Source of the DNA: Lama glama
Taxonomy: Eukaryota
Assembly: GCA_028534125.1 (NCBI GenBank)
Contig: CM052817.1
Location: 8,558,001 to 8,622,000 of the forward strand
DNA: 64,000 nucleotides
Direction of reading: 5' to 3'
Below, in pieces: positions 1 to 12,790 of this stretch. The stretch's first letter is position 1. Each line of letters opens with the position of its first letter. The notes under the pieces were generated by a model. It searched no databases. It saw only the letters and a program-made list of their open reading frames with translations, and had not been told where the DNA came from. A program made the position numbers and the translations under genes.

Positions 1-1097
1 AATGAAATATTCATGTCCCCTCCTTGGTTTGAGTGTCATCATTCTTACGCTTGGAACTTCTTATTGTAACCTACTGACCACAATTCAATTAATGTTTCAC
101 TGTTCTAGCCTTTGTCTCTGTATTAAGTGGGTATAATCCAGAAGCTGATATAATTTTCACAGAGCTTGAAACATCATCAAATAGTTATTATTCTCATTGA
201 TAATTGTTTCATGAGTTAGCTCAAACAGAATACTTTCTTTTAAGCACTCGAGTTCAACTTTTGCTATTTAAAACAAAACAAAAAAGTTTGTATTTCTTAA
301 TTGCCTTATTTATTCTCCACTGCTCCCTTGAACACTCCTCTGAATTGTAAAACCATCTTCTCTTCTAGAATTAGATTTTTTTCCTCTCAGGAATACTTAA
401 AATAACCCCTTTTCATGGAACATCCATCAAGTTGTGTCCTCCCTAAAGGTTAAAATTGACTACATAATTCATTTCTGAGAAGTTCATTTTAGGTTCTCTT
501 AGATTGGTCAACTCTGCCGTAATAGACTTAAAATGGATATAAACACCCTGTGCACTCACACCTACTCCCAATCCAGCTGGTTATTTCTTCCCTAAGGCCC
601 TATGCTCTCTCTTAGCTTTGAACTCTAAACACTCTGCTCCCACATTTTAAACAAACTCATTCTGATCCATTCTACCTCCATCACTTGATTAACTACCTGC
701 ATTGTTGGTCCCAGTTTACATTCTAATTCATCCAATCACTTCCCCTACTGGCCCTAGGAATGAGTCCAGTCTCCCTCCCACCCATCACGTGAGTTCCAGG
801 AGCTGCTGTACTTAGTGAAATAGGAGAAATGATAGCCTTGACCTGTGATTTTCTGGCCTCTTGCCTTGTTTTCTCCAACCACCTATGAATACCTTGAGGC
901 AGAGATTGTGGCTTATTCATTGTGCTACCTCCATGCTCTCAGTAGAGCTTTATTAAATAAGTGAAGGCATCCCTGTCATATAGATGAGGACATTGGGAAT
1001 CAGAAACTTTAAGTGAGCTTCTCATCTTCACACAGTTGTAAGAAGAATAAATCCATATTTAAGTCTCCAGAGTTAGACTTTAGACTGTAATGTGCTA

Positions 1098-1976
1098 TTC
1101 ATAGTTTGATTATTTATTTGCTATGGACTAAATGTTTGTCTCCCTCAGATTCACTTTCTGAAACCTAATCCCCATTGTGATGGTATTTGGAGGTGGGACC
1201 TTTGGGAGGTGATTAGTGCTTTTGGAAATGAGGCCCCAGAGAGCTCTCTTGCCCTTTCTAGTATGTGAGTAACAGCAGGAAGGCAGCCTTCTATGAATCA
1301 GGAAGAAGTGCCATCTGTGAACCAAATCTGCCAGCACCTTGATCTTGAACTTTCAGCTTCCAGAACAGTGAGGAATCAATTTCTGTTTCTTATAAGCCAC
1401 CCAGTTTATGATATTCTGTAATAGCAGCCAGAATGAACTTAGAAATTATTGTTGCATAATAAGCCATCACAAAATTTAGTGGCTTATAATGATTGTTTAT
1501 TTTGCTTACAATTTTGTAGGTCAAGTTGTTGGGAAGGACTGGGCTCAGTAGCTCATCTCTGCCCCACATGGCACGAGCTGGGACAGTTAAGGCTGGAGAG
1601 TCCACTTCTAAAATGGTATCTCACTCTCATATCATATGCCTTGGTGCTCATTGGTGCCTCTCTTTTTCCCTGTGTCATCTCACCCCCCAGGGACTCTCCA
1701 TGTGTGTTGGGCTTATCAAAGTAAAATAGTATCTCTTCTATTGCAGCTGGCTCTCAAGAGGTAGTACCAGGCCAATTAAAGGCTGTGCTTAGATCTGGCA
1801 CAATGTCACTTCTGTTGTATTCTATTGATGAAAGCAGTCAAAGTCCTCATTCACATTTGAAGGGCTGGAGAAATAAACTCTACCTTTTGATTTTGGGAAG
1901 GCAAAGTTACCTTGCAGAATAACATGCTGGATGGGAATCAATGCAGTATCCAATTTGGAAAATAAAATCTGCTACA
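1098..1976 (-). mobile_element. Older MLT1-type LTR interrupted by the MLT1A-like LTR
   Basis: ttgcataataagccatcacaaaatttagtggctta... through ...ggaaaataaaatctgctaca. Confidence 0.7.
1119..1445 (+). mobile_element. MaLR solo LTR, MLT1A-like
   Basis: Starts tgctatggactaaatgtttgtc...ggtatttggaggtggg and ends ...atagcagccagaatgaacttagaaa. 5-bp TSD ttatt (1114-1118 / 1446-1450). Confidence 0.88.
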
Positions 1977-2144
1977 AACCATCTAGGATCAGCTGAATGT
2001 ATGAAGAGAAAAATTTCTTCCTTCCTTCATTCAATAAATTTTCTTCACACAGCTTTATTACAATGAGCACATTACACAAGTGACCAAGGCATGCTTCTTG
2101 CTTTCAAGGGACAACATTCTGGCAGAAGAGGCAAGAAAATTGGC

Positions 2145-2708
2145 TTATCTGTCAGGTTGCACTGTGTAACAAAACATCTCAAAATTTGGTAGCTTAAAAA
2201 CAACAGCTGTTTATTTGGCTTATGATTCTGTGAGTTGGTGATTTAGGCTGGGCTTTGCTGGATTGTTCATTTTACTTCAGTCCTGCTTACTCGGAAGCCA
2301 GTGGCCAGCTTTGGTTAGGTGGTTGGCTTAGTGACCTTGCCTGAGCTTCCTTATTTGTTCTGGGGTTGGCTAGTTGTAGGCTAGTCTAGAATAATCTTGA
2401 CTGGGGCATCACAGCTCTTCACCATGTGATCTTCCATTCACCAACAGGATATACTTGTTTTCATAGTAGAAATAGAAGCCTAAAAGAAAAAGAGAGGCTT
2501 GTGAGCCTTTTCAAACATAGTCTTGGAACTGGCAAAAAGTCATTTCTGTTACATTCTATCAGGCAGGCAAGTAACAAGGCCAGCAAAGATTCAAGAGGCA
2601 AGGAAGTAGATTCTAAGTTTTGTTGGGGAAAAGCTGCAAAGTCACACTGCAAAGGACAGGGCTCCAAAATGACCATTATTTTTGACCACTATGCAGTCTA
2701 CCTATGCC
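2145..2708 (-). mobile_element. MLT1 (H-like) solo LTR
   Basis: ctgtgtaacaaaacatctcaaaatttggtagcttaaaaacaac...gcaaagtcacactgcaaagg. Confidence 0.75.
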
Positions 2709-3112
2709 AATGCAGAATAAGAAGTGTTGTGGGCTATGGGGTGCAGAAGAAGGATATGCTATGAAACTGGGGCATTCAGAGGGTATGGAAGGTGGGAAGA
2801 AGCATGAGGAGGGATCAGGAAAAGCTTCACTGAGATGTGAATTCTGAAGATGGGCTGGCTTCTAAGCCTGCATGGAAAACAGAAGGCAATAACTATTCCA
2901 TTACCCAAGTGGTCCTGCCATGAGTGTACAAAAGGTTCAAGATCTTTATCTCTTATTCCTGGTTAGGTGCCAGAGGACAGTCAGACAAGTTACATGGCCT
3001 CACTGATATACCAGATAAGGAAATGAGAACCAGCAGGGATCCTGGAGATCAGTTCTGTCCATCTTTCTATTTCATAGATTTGAAGGCTGGGGGTAAGATA
3101 GGTTTGCCCCCA

Positions 3113-3502
3113 CGTACTAGTCTGCCAGGACTGCCACAGCAAAATACTGTAGACTGAGGAGTCTAAACAACAGAAATTTATGTTCTCTCAGTTCTCACAT
3201 CTGGAAGCCCAAGATCAAAGTCCCAGCAGGTTTGGTTTCTTCTGAGACCCCTCTCCTTGGCTTGTATGGCTGCCTTCTTGCTGTGTTTTCATGCAGTCTT
3301 TCCTCTATGCTTGTCTGTGTCCTGATGCTCTCTTTTCATAAGGACATCAGTCAGATTGGATTAAGGCATCCCAAAGTACCTCATTTTAAATGAATTACTT
3401 CTCTAAAGGCTCTCTCTCCAAATACAGTCACTTCTCAGATGATGGGGGATTAGGGTTTCATCATACATGTTTTCTGAGGGTCGCAGTTCACCTCAAAATA
3501 CA
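3113..3502 (-). mobile_element. MLT1A/B-like solo LTR inserted in a MIR relic
   Basis: ggactgccacagcaaaatactgtagactg...aaacaacagaaatttat...ggattagggtttcatcatac. Confidence 0.82.
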
Positions 3503-4319
3503 TCACATAATCAGAGTTGAATCCAGAAGCTCACACTCTTCTCCATGAAGCATGTAGCCTCTTGGCTTTTAGCAGAAAATTGCTTCTTTCTGCTTCCCAG
3601 ATGACTGTCATTCCTAAAAAGGATGTTTGCATCTAGTCATGTCCCTCACCATGTATTCTGCTGTCTCCTTCCTTGGAGACTCCACCAAAGTCAATAAAAA
3701 GACAAAGGAAACTCAGACAGAGCCCAGAGGTAACAGACGACCTGGTACACAAACAGGCTTGTTAGCTGTTGGCCCATGTGAGGGATATTATCTTTAAATT
3801 AGATGGGAAAAATTAATATTGCTTGCTTGTTATGCTCACCCTTATTGTCTGCTGTGAGAATCAGCAGGGCCATAGCCACTGTAGATAATATTTTTTAATT
3901 AAAAGGAAAATAACTTCTCATGATTAATCTGCTTCTTTGGGGACTTGATCCAGAATCTCATAAATCTGAAATGGAGGCATCTGCTGGTTTCCTGACAGAC
4001 TCTCTCCCCCTCTGCCAGCCCAGGAGTAGGGTAGAAGAAAACAGTGCCAGAACAAGACAAACTTCAGTCTGGGCAGATCTAGGCCATGAGATGAGAGGCC
4101 AGACTCTAAGATGACACGGAATCTCAGCTGAGGCAGACTTCTGGCAAGGAAGTCTTCCCCCATATTGTTCAAGACAGGAGGCATTGGTAGCTGTAGGTCT
4201 TGGGTAAAGGTCATGGGACTGTCACTTATTTGAGACCCTAAGAGAATGTTTGAGACTCAGTTTCCTCACCTTTAAAATGGGTCTAGATAAACATCTATCT
4301 CAAAGAGAGCATTTATCTA

Positions 4320-4525
4320 AAAGATGCTCTGGAGCCAGATTGCCTGGTTTTGAATTTGGAAAATTTTACTTTCTTGTAACCCTTAGCCAGTCATTCAAAC
4401 ACTCTGTGCTTCTGTTTCCTTCTCTGAAATAGGGATGATGAGAGGGCCTGTCTCATAGGACTGTTGTGAAAACTAAATAAGTTTAGCACATCAAATGCAG
4501 GAGCATGCTGTAGTAAATACCAAAT
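4320..4525 (+). mobile_element. MIR
   Basis: ctctggagccagattgcctggttttgaat...ctctgtgcttctgtttccttctctgaaatagggatgatg. Confidence 0.7.
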
Positions 4526-4879
4526 AAACACCTGTTCTTACAGTGTTTAGGACACACGATGTCTTCTGTGGTTGTTCCAAGTAAAATGGATCTTAGTGGT
4601 GGAATGATTCAGCCTCCATTTTTAAAGATGGAGAAATGGAGGTTCAGGAAGAGGAAAGGACTTTCCCAAATCACAGAGGAAGTTATGGCAAAGCTGCGTT
4701 CAGGATGCCAGTTTTGATCCCAGAGCCAGACGTTTGTACCAAAGTGTGTGGTTTTGGAATTCCTGCCTGCTTTTAGTCCTCTAACAACCTGGAAAGAAGT
4801 TCACTTATAGCAGCATAGCTAACTCCAAACAGTATTGCAAGAGGGCCGAGGGTTGTGGGGTGCCGACACCTCTCTGTTC

Positions 4880-5065
4880 AGCCAAGCACCGGGCTGCACT
4901 CCACATCCATCGACTCATTTCATCCTCCTGACAGCCCACAAGACAGCTCCATTTGATGGATGAGGACACTGAGTCTCAGGAGAGCTATGTAACTGGCCCA
5001 AATACACAATTCTACAGCAGTGCAGCTGGCAACTCAAACAAGGTTCAGTCTAACCCTAAAACACT
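4880..5065 (-). mobile_element. MIR
   Basis: ctcatttcatcctcctgacagccc...gatgaggacactgagtctcagg. Confidence 0.65.
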
Positions 5066-6211
5066 GTGATTCTGCAGAAAAGACGGTTCTGTTCTGCACT
5101 ATGCATGCACTTCCCTTTTCTCCCTGCCTCCCGTAGACCTCCGCATCTACTGCAGTTTCAGCCTCATCTTCATGTAGGGAAGGAACAGAAGCTTATTTTT
5201 ACTAAGGGGACAATGACTGATGAACATTTTAAATATTGATTCTTCCCCCTTCCTGTTTAGCCCTTCAACACACTCATACGCAGTAAGGTCACGTGCCATT
5301 GGACACAGGCCAGAAGACTGGTCGTTGTCTCATTTGTGTCGCAGGCTGTAAAGTACAGTTCAAACTCAGGCAGTTATAACCTCCTGGCACCTGTGTGAGG
5401 TAGGCCAGGCAGAGACATGGTCTCATTTTGCAGATGACAAAACTGAAGCCCACGGAGATGAATCCAGGCATGTATTACATGTCAGGCACTATTTACACAA
5501 ATTGATGAAATCTTGGGTGTTCCTTCCTATCCTGGTGCATTTTCCATGTTTGGGACAATTGAGAGCTCCTTTGCCTCACAATTTTGGATTAGTGACAGAA
5601 AGGAAGCTGGGATTAGACCAGACCATGTTTGAAATGTTTATAAATTGGTTTCTGATTCCCTTATGACTTTCATGAAGCAGAAGTTTTATCAGTCATATCA
5701 AAGCCCCTGAGCTACCCTCAAAGCAAGTGTTGGGATCCAGCGTCCACTGACTGATGGTGAACTTGCCTCCCAGCCGTGGGAGGAAGCCATGTCTGAGCAT
5801 TCTGATTAGTGACGGACACCAGCCTGGATAATGATGTCATTCAAAAATAACATTTACCCCTTTTTTCTTTGAACATAGAGCTAGAGGATTGCATAGCTAA
5901 TAGAATGCTTAGAGAATATTTAAACAAATGATCATGGTACCTACGAGGAATCAAGCACAGAAAGGTTAAGGGATATCCCCAAGGTGATAAGCTTTTTATG
6001 TCTAAACGTCAACAAGACAAGTCAAGAGGACAGGTGTGTAGATGATCAAGGAGGACAAACCCATTCGAGAGCAGAAGGACCTTCCAAACAGGTACTGAGC
6101 TATTCCTCAAAGTGACAGGTGATTTCAGGAGCAATGAGGTCTTTTAAAACAATGACTGAGGACTATGTCAGGTGGGCAATAAGGTGACTCATGTGTCTGG
6201 TTAGGGGATTG

Positions 6212-6214
<3 letters not shown>

Positions 6215-6247
<33 letters not shown>
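6215..6247. repeat. (TG)n microsatellite
   Basis: Perfect run of ~16 units. Confidence 0.97.
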
Positions 6248-6249
<2 letters not shown>

Positions 6250-6878
6250 CTGTTGCAAATGAAGGCTGAATTGAAATTAATGGCCCATCGTGGATCTTTT
6301 CTGCCTTTATCTTCATATTTGAGTAGTGCTATATTATTAGCAAAGACTTTTCATACACATTGATCAGTGTGACCTTACTTTAAGGGTTGAAGCAGAAGGT
6401 CTTTACAGAGGACCTAGGTGACTTCCCCACTATCTTTCTTACTCTGACAGTAGGAGGCATTTGGACTTACATCCTGGTTGCCTGATTCTAATCCTGCCCC
6501 CTGCCCTCTATAGATCCATCTCCCCATCTATTAGCTGCTTGGTACTTGAATAGTGTTTAAGTTTTATGCAAGCATTACAGTCTTTGTTCAGTTGTAATTT
6601 TTGCTCTCAGTGTGTATATGTGTGAAGAGTGCGTGTGAGTGTGTGTGGACTTAATCGACTGCTGGCTCACGTTTCTAAACTGTGCTATTTTTGTTCTGTG
6701 TCCTTGGGCAAGTTACTCACTATGGCTGTGTTGCTGTTCTGCCTCCTTATCTCTAAAACGTGGAGAACCAAGAATGGTCCATCATTTGAGTACCTGGAAC
6801 AATTCCAGGCCCCAGTGTTTATCTGTACAGTGAGTCTTCACAATCTCTACCCAATGTACAGGAAACCTCTGCAATGCA

Positions 6879-6909
<31 letters not shown>

Positions 6910-6914
6910 GCACA
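6879..6914. repeat. (CT)n(CA)n compound microsatellite
   Basis: Read directly from the sequence. Confidence 0.9.
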
Positions 6915-6917
6915 TTT

Positions 6918-7078
6918 AAACTGTTTTATTTCTATCTCTCTCACTGTAAGATAAGTGCCCAGAGGGCAAGGATTTTGTCTATCTTGTTTACTGACATATC
7001 CTAAGGACTTCGAGCAATGCTTGGCCCATACTGGGAGGTCGCCATCTATTCTGTGAATGAGTGAATGAATAAATGAAG
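6918..7078 (+). mobile_element. L2 3' end
   Basis: gagggcaaggattttgtctatcttgtttactg...tgaatgagtgaatgaataaatgaa. Confidence 0.75.
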
Positions 7079-8561
7079 TGCATCACCCCCTGAAATCTTC
7101 CTCAGGTTGGCTCCCCTGCACTTACTGTTGTGGACTTGATCAGTTTACAATCAGTCTCATTTGTGAATCCCACTGAAGTTTGAAACCCCTTGCTTTCACT
7201 TTGAATCCCTAGGAACCAGCAGCTTGCCAGGCACTCAATACACATCCGGAAAATGCCTGTGCATATAATTAATATTTCAACAATACTGTTTATTATACTA
7301 TGCTGTTATTTTCATAAGGGCTCACATGAGAAATCTCTTTCAGAATTTAGCAGCAGGATAAAAAATGTAATTTTATCCCATAAGGAATTTATCTATTTCT
7401 ATTTTTCCTATAAAGAGGACTATGTTAGATTTTCTTTTGTGTCCTGGCTGTGGGGAATTGCAAAGCCAAATCTGACACATAATTAAGGCAATGTTACTAA
7501 CACTTGAGGTTTAAATGTTTCTCTTCCCCATCTTTCTTTAGTCTTCAGTTTGTTTTTTCTATATTTAGAATGTATGTAGGATTTTTCTCAATTTTTAAAG
7601 TCACTTCCAATATATTTCAGAAAGAAGTAAGAAATAAGTAAAATGTATAAATTAAAAAGTGGGACTACATCTGCTTAGCAGACATTGAGTAGTAAGGGTG
7701 ATGGGGAGAAGGGAAGACGGATGAGGGTGCAGTCTGGAGAGCTTTCAGGAAGAAATGAGGCAGGTCTGCTTGGGGCCCCCCTGTGCACTATAATGTCCAG
7801 AGCTGAAGAACATGCAGAACATTATGGTGAGCTATGGAGAAGGACGGGCAGGCACTGGGGAGATTTCTATCCATCAAATCACTCAGAATTTATACTCTGA
7901 AACACACTTGGAAATTGAATGCAAATTAAGGCCAAACATCCTGCTCAGAAATCAGAGTCTATTGAAAAATAGGGTTGTGTTTCAAACTTTCCAGGGTTTT
8001 GTTGTTGTTATTATTGCTTAATACTGCAATTTTTCCCCCTTAGAGTCATAGAATTTTACTGCCAGATGGGGATCTTTCCCAGGGATTCTGTACCTGGATT
8101 CCATGGGTAGCCACAGGATTGATATATGGGCTTTGTGAAATCTGTCCCCCAGTGATACTACATGCAAAATGTGCACTTTCCTTGAGTCTAGAGTCTTCCC
8201 TGGATTCTCAAACAGGTCTGTGGTACCATCCTTCCCCTCATCTCAACCTCTCTTTGATAAAAGTGTTGACTGGCACTGAGTATATTCTTTCTTGCTTAGA
8301 TGTGAGGAAGATGAAGCCCAAAGAAGTGACTTTCTCAGGATCACCCCCACGTTGATGTCATAGCTGTGCCCTCAGAGCAGAGCTATCTCCTGGCCCCAGG
8401 ACTATGTTTGTTACTATTAAAGTGCAATGCTATCTGACATTCAGAGAGCTGGCGTCATCTCTGACGAGGGGACTTTGCCCCTCTGCACACACCCGGATAT
8501 CTAAGGTGATCAGGCCTTCCCCTCAGCCTCTCAACAGCTCAGAGGACCTCTGGCACTCAGA

Positions 8562-8782
8562 ATGATCTCAGCTTGAGCTTCTGCAACAAATATTTCATAG
8601 ACTGCATGAGTTATAAACAACAGAAATTTACTTCCTTTTAAGGGCCCTAATCCCATTCATGAGAGCTTTGCTCTCATGAGCTGGTTACCTACCAAAGTCC
8701 CCATCTCCTGATACTATCACGTTGCAGATTAGGATTTCAACATATGAATTTTGGGGGGACACAAATACCTAGTCAATAGGAA
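8562..8782 (-). mobile_element. Internally deleted MLT1A-like LTR
   Basis: ataaacaacagaaatttactt is joined directly to ttttaagggccctaatcccattcatgag...ttaggatttcaacatatgaattttggggggacacaaa. Confidence 0.75.
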
Positions 8783-9549
8783 GAACCTTCTTTGGAAATA
8801 CCTTTGTTGCAGGTGTTTGGGGACTTTTCTGCCTTGCCCAGAAGCAAATGTCTTTTGCATGCACAGAGCATTTGGGAAGCAAATTGCTTTCCCTCTCTAC
8901 TTCCAAAGCCCGTGTTTCTTGCATAAGAAATGGGCTTCCCAAGGAGGCAAGGGAAAGCTAGACTCTCTGTACCTGTGATGGTTGGGGTGCACTGGCTGAA
9001 AAAAAGATGTATTGTGCTATTACAGCCAGATTTTGGACACGTTCAACAGAGGTAAATATTCACAGTAAATTTTTGTCTAAAAGAGAGACACACTTTCTTA
9101 CAGCTCACTGTTTCACGAGGAGGAAGAAAACAAGGTCTCTGTCCAGGTTGCATTTAGGTAGCCAATTTCCACTTTCTCAGATGAGGCTGAGCCAAGGATC
9201 AGAAGGGATGATACTCAGATGAAAGGTAGATTGAAGCAGAGAGCATCTCTAAAATCCCTATAAACTGTCTATGGAGGCAAAATGCAGGCAGAGAGTTATA
9301 CGTCCTCTTCTGTCTTTTTAGCATAATTCCATGGTTGGCAAAATCCAAAGATCTTAATTTGAATTTAATTTGTATGCTTACCTTGTGGAATGATAAACTA
9401 TCTTGAGTTATTCTTGAGATTTGATTTGTATTTATGCACCTGGGCCAACAGATATGACAAATGAAAAGGGATTTGGGACTATTGTCAAGTTCTTTGTGTG
9501 TCAAATCCCTGTGTTTTGGGGCTGGGGGTGTTGGGGTGTGAACTTGGAA

Positions 9550-10230
9550 ACGATGAGCTCAGTTCAACATTGGCTGAGGTTCTACTTTGTTTAAGGGCCT
9601 CTCCTGAGCACCAGGGTTTTAAGGATGACTTGCACAGCTTCTGTTCTGGAGAAGCTCATGATTTTGTGGGGACGATGGACACACAGAAGGGAAATACCAT
9701 GCAATCTAGTGACTGCAACGATAAAGACCTGAATAGGGAATTATGGCCAAAGAGGGGAATTAACCCAATCTGGGAGGGACCAGAGAAATTTCCTTGGGAA
9801 ATTGTGCCAAACTTAGCCAAAAGGATGATAGGGAGGTAGACAAAAGCATTATAGGCAGAGCTGGCAGGGGAAGCACAGAGATGAGAAACTGTAAGTTGGG
9901 GGCAGTGACTCCGAGGAGATTTGTGCTGCGGGGGGACAGGTGCGTGAGGCAGGAAAGGGAAGGAGCTGAGGATATGATGAAGAGTAATAGTACTCACCTC
10001 CTCCAGTAACGTGGGGAAGTGAACACCACTGAGCTTGGGGGTGATGTGGAGAGGTTTGAATTGCAAACAGATTACTCTGCCTGATGGGTTGGAAGGGGGG
10101 TGACTGTAGACAGATCAGTTGGAAGTCACTGAGAGCTGCAGGTCTTAACAAGAGTCAGGGGTTACAAGAATGGAGAAGAAAGGAACACATTGACATACGT
10201 TCCTAGAGTAATATCAGCTTACCTTGAGCT
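9550..10230 (-). mobile_element. L2 relic
   Basis: Purine-rich degenerate L2 3' region (gagcaccagg...aaagcattataggcagag...ggagaggtttgaattg). Confidence 0.45.
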
Positions 10231-10867
10231 GGAGGAGCTATTTCCTGCTCCAAGATAGGAAAAAGGAACTGAGGAAAAAAGAAAAAAAGCCTGATTCTCT
10301 AATGCAACTCTAAGGCCCTCTGTGTGAGGTATTTAACAGACTAAAGGGCTGCTCTCTTGGTGTGACGTTGCTGAGACAACTAGATGGACTGGCTGGTCCT
10401 TGGAAGAACTGATTTTTTTTCTTTCCAGAAGAAGAGTGTAACCACAGAAAACGCATACTCAAAAGACCCTTCTCCTGCAGAGCCCTCTGAGAGATGAGGC
10501 CTGCAGGAGCTTCTTCAGGGAGACATAGGGACAGCAGGGAGAGAACAGCAAGTGGGGCCTGTGGCTGCTTCCCAGGGAAAAAAACTGCCTAGAGGGAAGG
10601 TACAGTGCCAAGGATGGAGGACAGAACCCACTATTGGGTGCGCCATCCACTGGAGCAGTGTGCTGTCCAATCCAGCACAGGTTACTGAATATCCTTTACA
10701 TTCGGTGCCATATCAATTCTTTCATCTAAAAACCACACCCTGAGAACTGCTTGGTGCCAGGCCCTAGGATAAAGGGGTCCGTACAGAGACAAAAGACACA
10801 GACTTTGGCCTTAAGGAGCTGAGAATCTGCCTTGAATTTTAACCTGGATTTCATATTCCAGTAAAAG

Positions 10868-11300
10868 GTATATTAGTTAAGGTAGTACTAGCTGTTGTAA
10901 GAATAACAACAGAAAAACAGGTCGTAGCAGTTGAACATGATAAAATTTACTTCTGACTCATAGATCAATGTAATGTGGGTATCCAAGGCCGATGGGTGGC
11001 TTTTTGTGTAGTGACTGAGAGCACCAGGGTCTTCCCATCTTGTTGCTCCACCCCCCTGTTGGTCATGGAGACCTCCACATTCAACTGGAAGACAGAGAAA
11101 AAGAGTGGGGAAGGTACAGCCCGTCTCCAGATCCTTGTCTTGGGAGTGACACATGTTACCCTGTTCATTGGTGAGAATTGGTCCAGTGGCCCCAGATGCT
11201 ATAAAAAGAGCTGTGCTGAGCAGCTGCTTTCCAGCAACAGCATCAAACTATGGGAGGGAAAACGTGAGCCCTCCAAGTGAAAGCTAGCCATCTCAGCCAG
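10868..11300 (-). mobile_element. MLT1J-like solo LTR
   Basis: tattagttaaggtagtactagctgttgtaa...gagtgacacatgttacc...cattggtgagaattgg...ctagccatctcagcca. Confidence 0.68.
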
Positions 11301-11955
11301 AAATGCATAGTGAACTGGTCTTGAGGGGGGAGGGCTAGAAAACAAAAGTTCTTTTTAGGTTTCCTTTACCCCATTTCAAAGGTGGCAATGGTAACCTTTT
11401 CTTTAAACTCTTGGGTTGCAATAAACGTGAAAGAAGATAATGCTGGGATAACTCTTTTCTTTGTGGCAGACAATTATCAGGAAATTACCCTGTAGTAGAT
11501 GAGGCTTGAGTTATGTTATATCTTGGTCCCTCGAGTTACCTAACAGTACCCTAGGATCAAGGTGTTCTCAAGTAGAGAACTCTTGTTTCTTCAATAAACA
11601 TCTACTGAGTACCTTCAATGGCTCAGGGCCTGTGTGTACAAAAAGTGACTAAGACAAGGTCTGCACTCCAAGGAAGCTTACTGATCAGTGGGGGGTTTAG
11701 CAATCCAGACTGCCTGTGGTCCCTTCTGCATGACATAAGTGCAGTAGAGAAGTTCCAGCAGAGACTTCATGGCTACATAATCTGGCCCTTGACAGAAAAG
11801 AAGTTTGCCAACCACTGGCCTAGTGGAAGGTGGATCATTGTGGAATAGCTTGGGGTGCTCTACCAAACCTTTCCTGTCCTTTCCTTTCCTTCCTTCCTTT
11901 CCTTTCCGTAAACCCTTACTCAATTTAATTTCTCACTTCCACAACCACCACTTTT

Positions 11956-12199
11956 TTTTTTAAATCTTCCCTCCCTCTGGCAACCACTTGTTTGTTCACT
12001 GTATTTATGACTCTACTGCTGGTTTGTTATATTTGTTCATTTGTTTTGGTATTTTTTTAGACTCTACATATAAGTGAAATCGTATGGTATTTGTCTTTCT
12101 CTGTCTGACTTACCTCACTTGGCACAATACCCTCTAGGTTCACCCATGTTAATACGAATGGCAAGATCTCATTCTTTTCCTGTGGTTGAGTTATATTCC

Positions 12200-12254
<55 letters not shown>

Positions 12255-12390
12255 GTCTCATATCTTCTTTATGCATTCATCTATTACTGGATACTATGGT
12301 TGCTTCCACAGCTTGGCTATTATAGATAATGCTGCAGTGAACATAGGGGTGCAAATATGTTTCTGAATTAGTGTTTCTGTTTTCTTTGGG
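11956..12390 (-). mobile_element. Short LINE-1 fragment with a perfect 15-bp TSD
   Basis: L1 ORF2-end/3'UTR sequence (tagactctacatataagtgaaatcgtatggtatttgtctttc...) with TSD acaaccaccactttt at 11941-11955 and 12391-12405. Confidence 0.88.
12202..12256. repeat. (TG)n microsatellite inside the L1 fragment
   Basis: ~27 units with one interruption. Confidence 0.97.
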
Positions 12391-12561
12391 ACAACCACCA
12401 CTTTTGAGTAGCTTTCTTTGATTCTCCCTCTCACAGATCAATTCAAGCCTCATGGACCTGCATGACTTTCTTTCATAATGCAGATCACAGGCTATATAAT
12501 GGTTTTTTTCTTGGTGACTATTAGATCAGTGTCTGCTTCCCCCACTAGTGTAGCCCTGATT

Positions 12562-12790
12562 ACGTGCCTGGCACTATTCTAAGCACTTGACACTTATTAG
12601 CTCATTTAGTCCTCTCAGCAACCCCAGCAAGCAGGTACCATTATTATCTCTGTTTTACTGATGAGGACCTGACACCCAGGGAGGTTAAACATCCTGCCCA
12701 AAGCCATGGGAACGACTGCTGTCCACAAGCATAGTCAGGAAATAAGTGATGGAGCCAAGATTTGAGCCTAAACACTCTGGCTCTAAGCCC
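12562..12790 (-). mobile_element. MIR
   Basis: gtgcctggcactattctaagcac...catttagtcctctcagcaaccc...ttttactgatgaggacctgac...ggagccaagatttgagcc. Confidence 0.8.
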
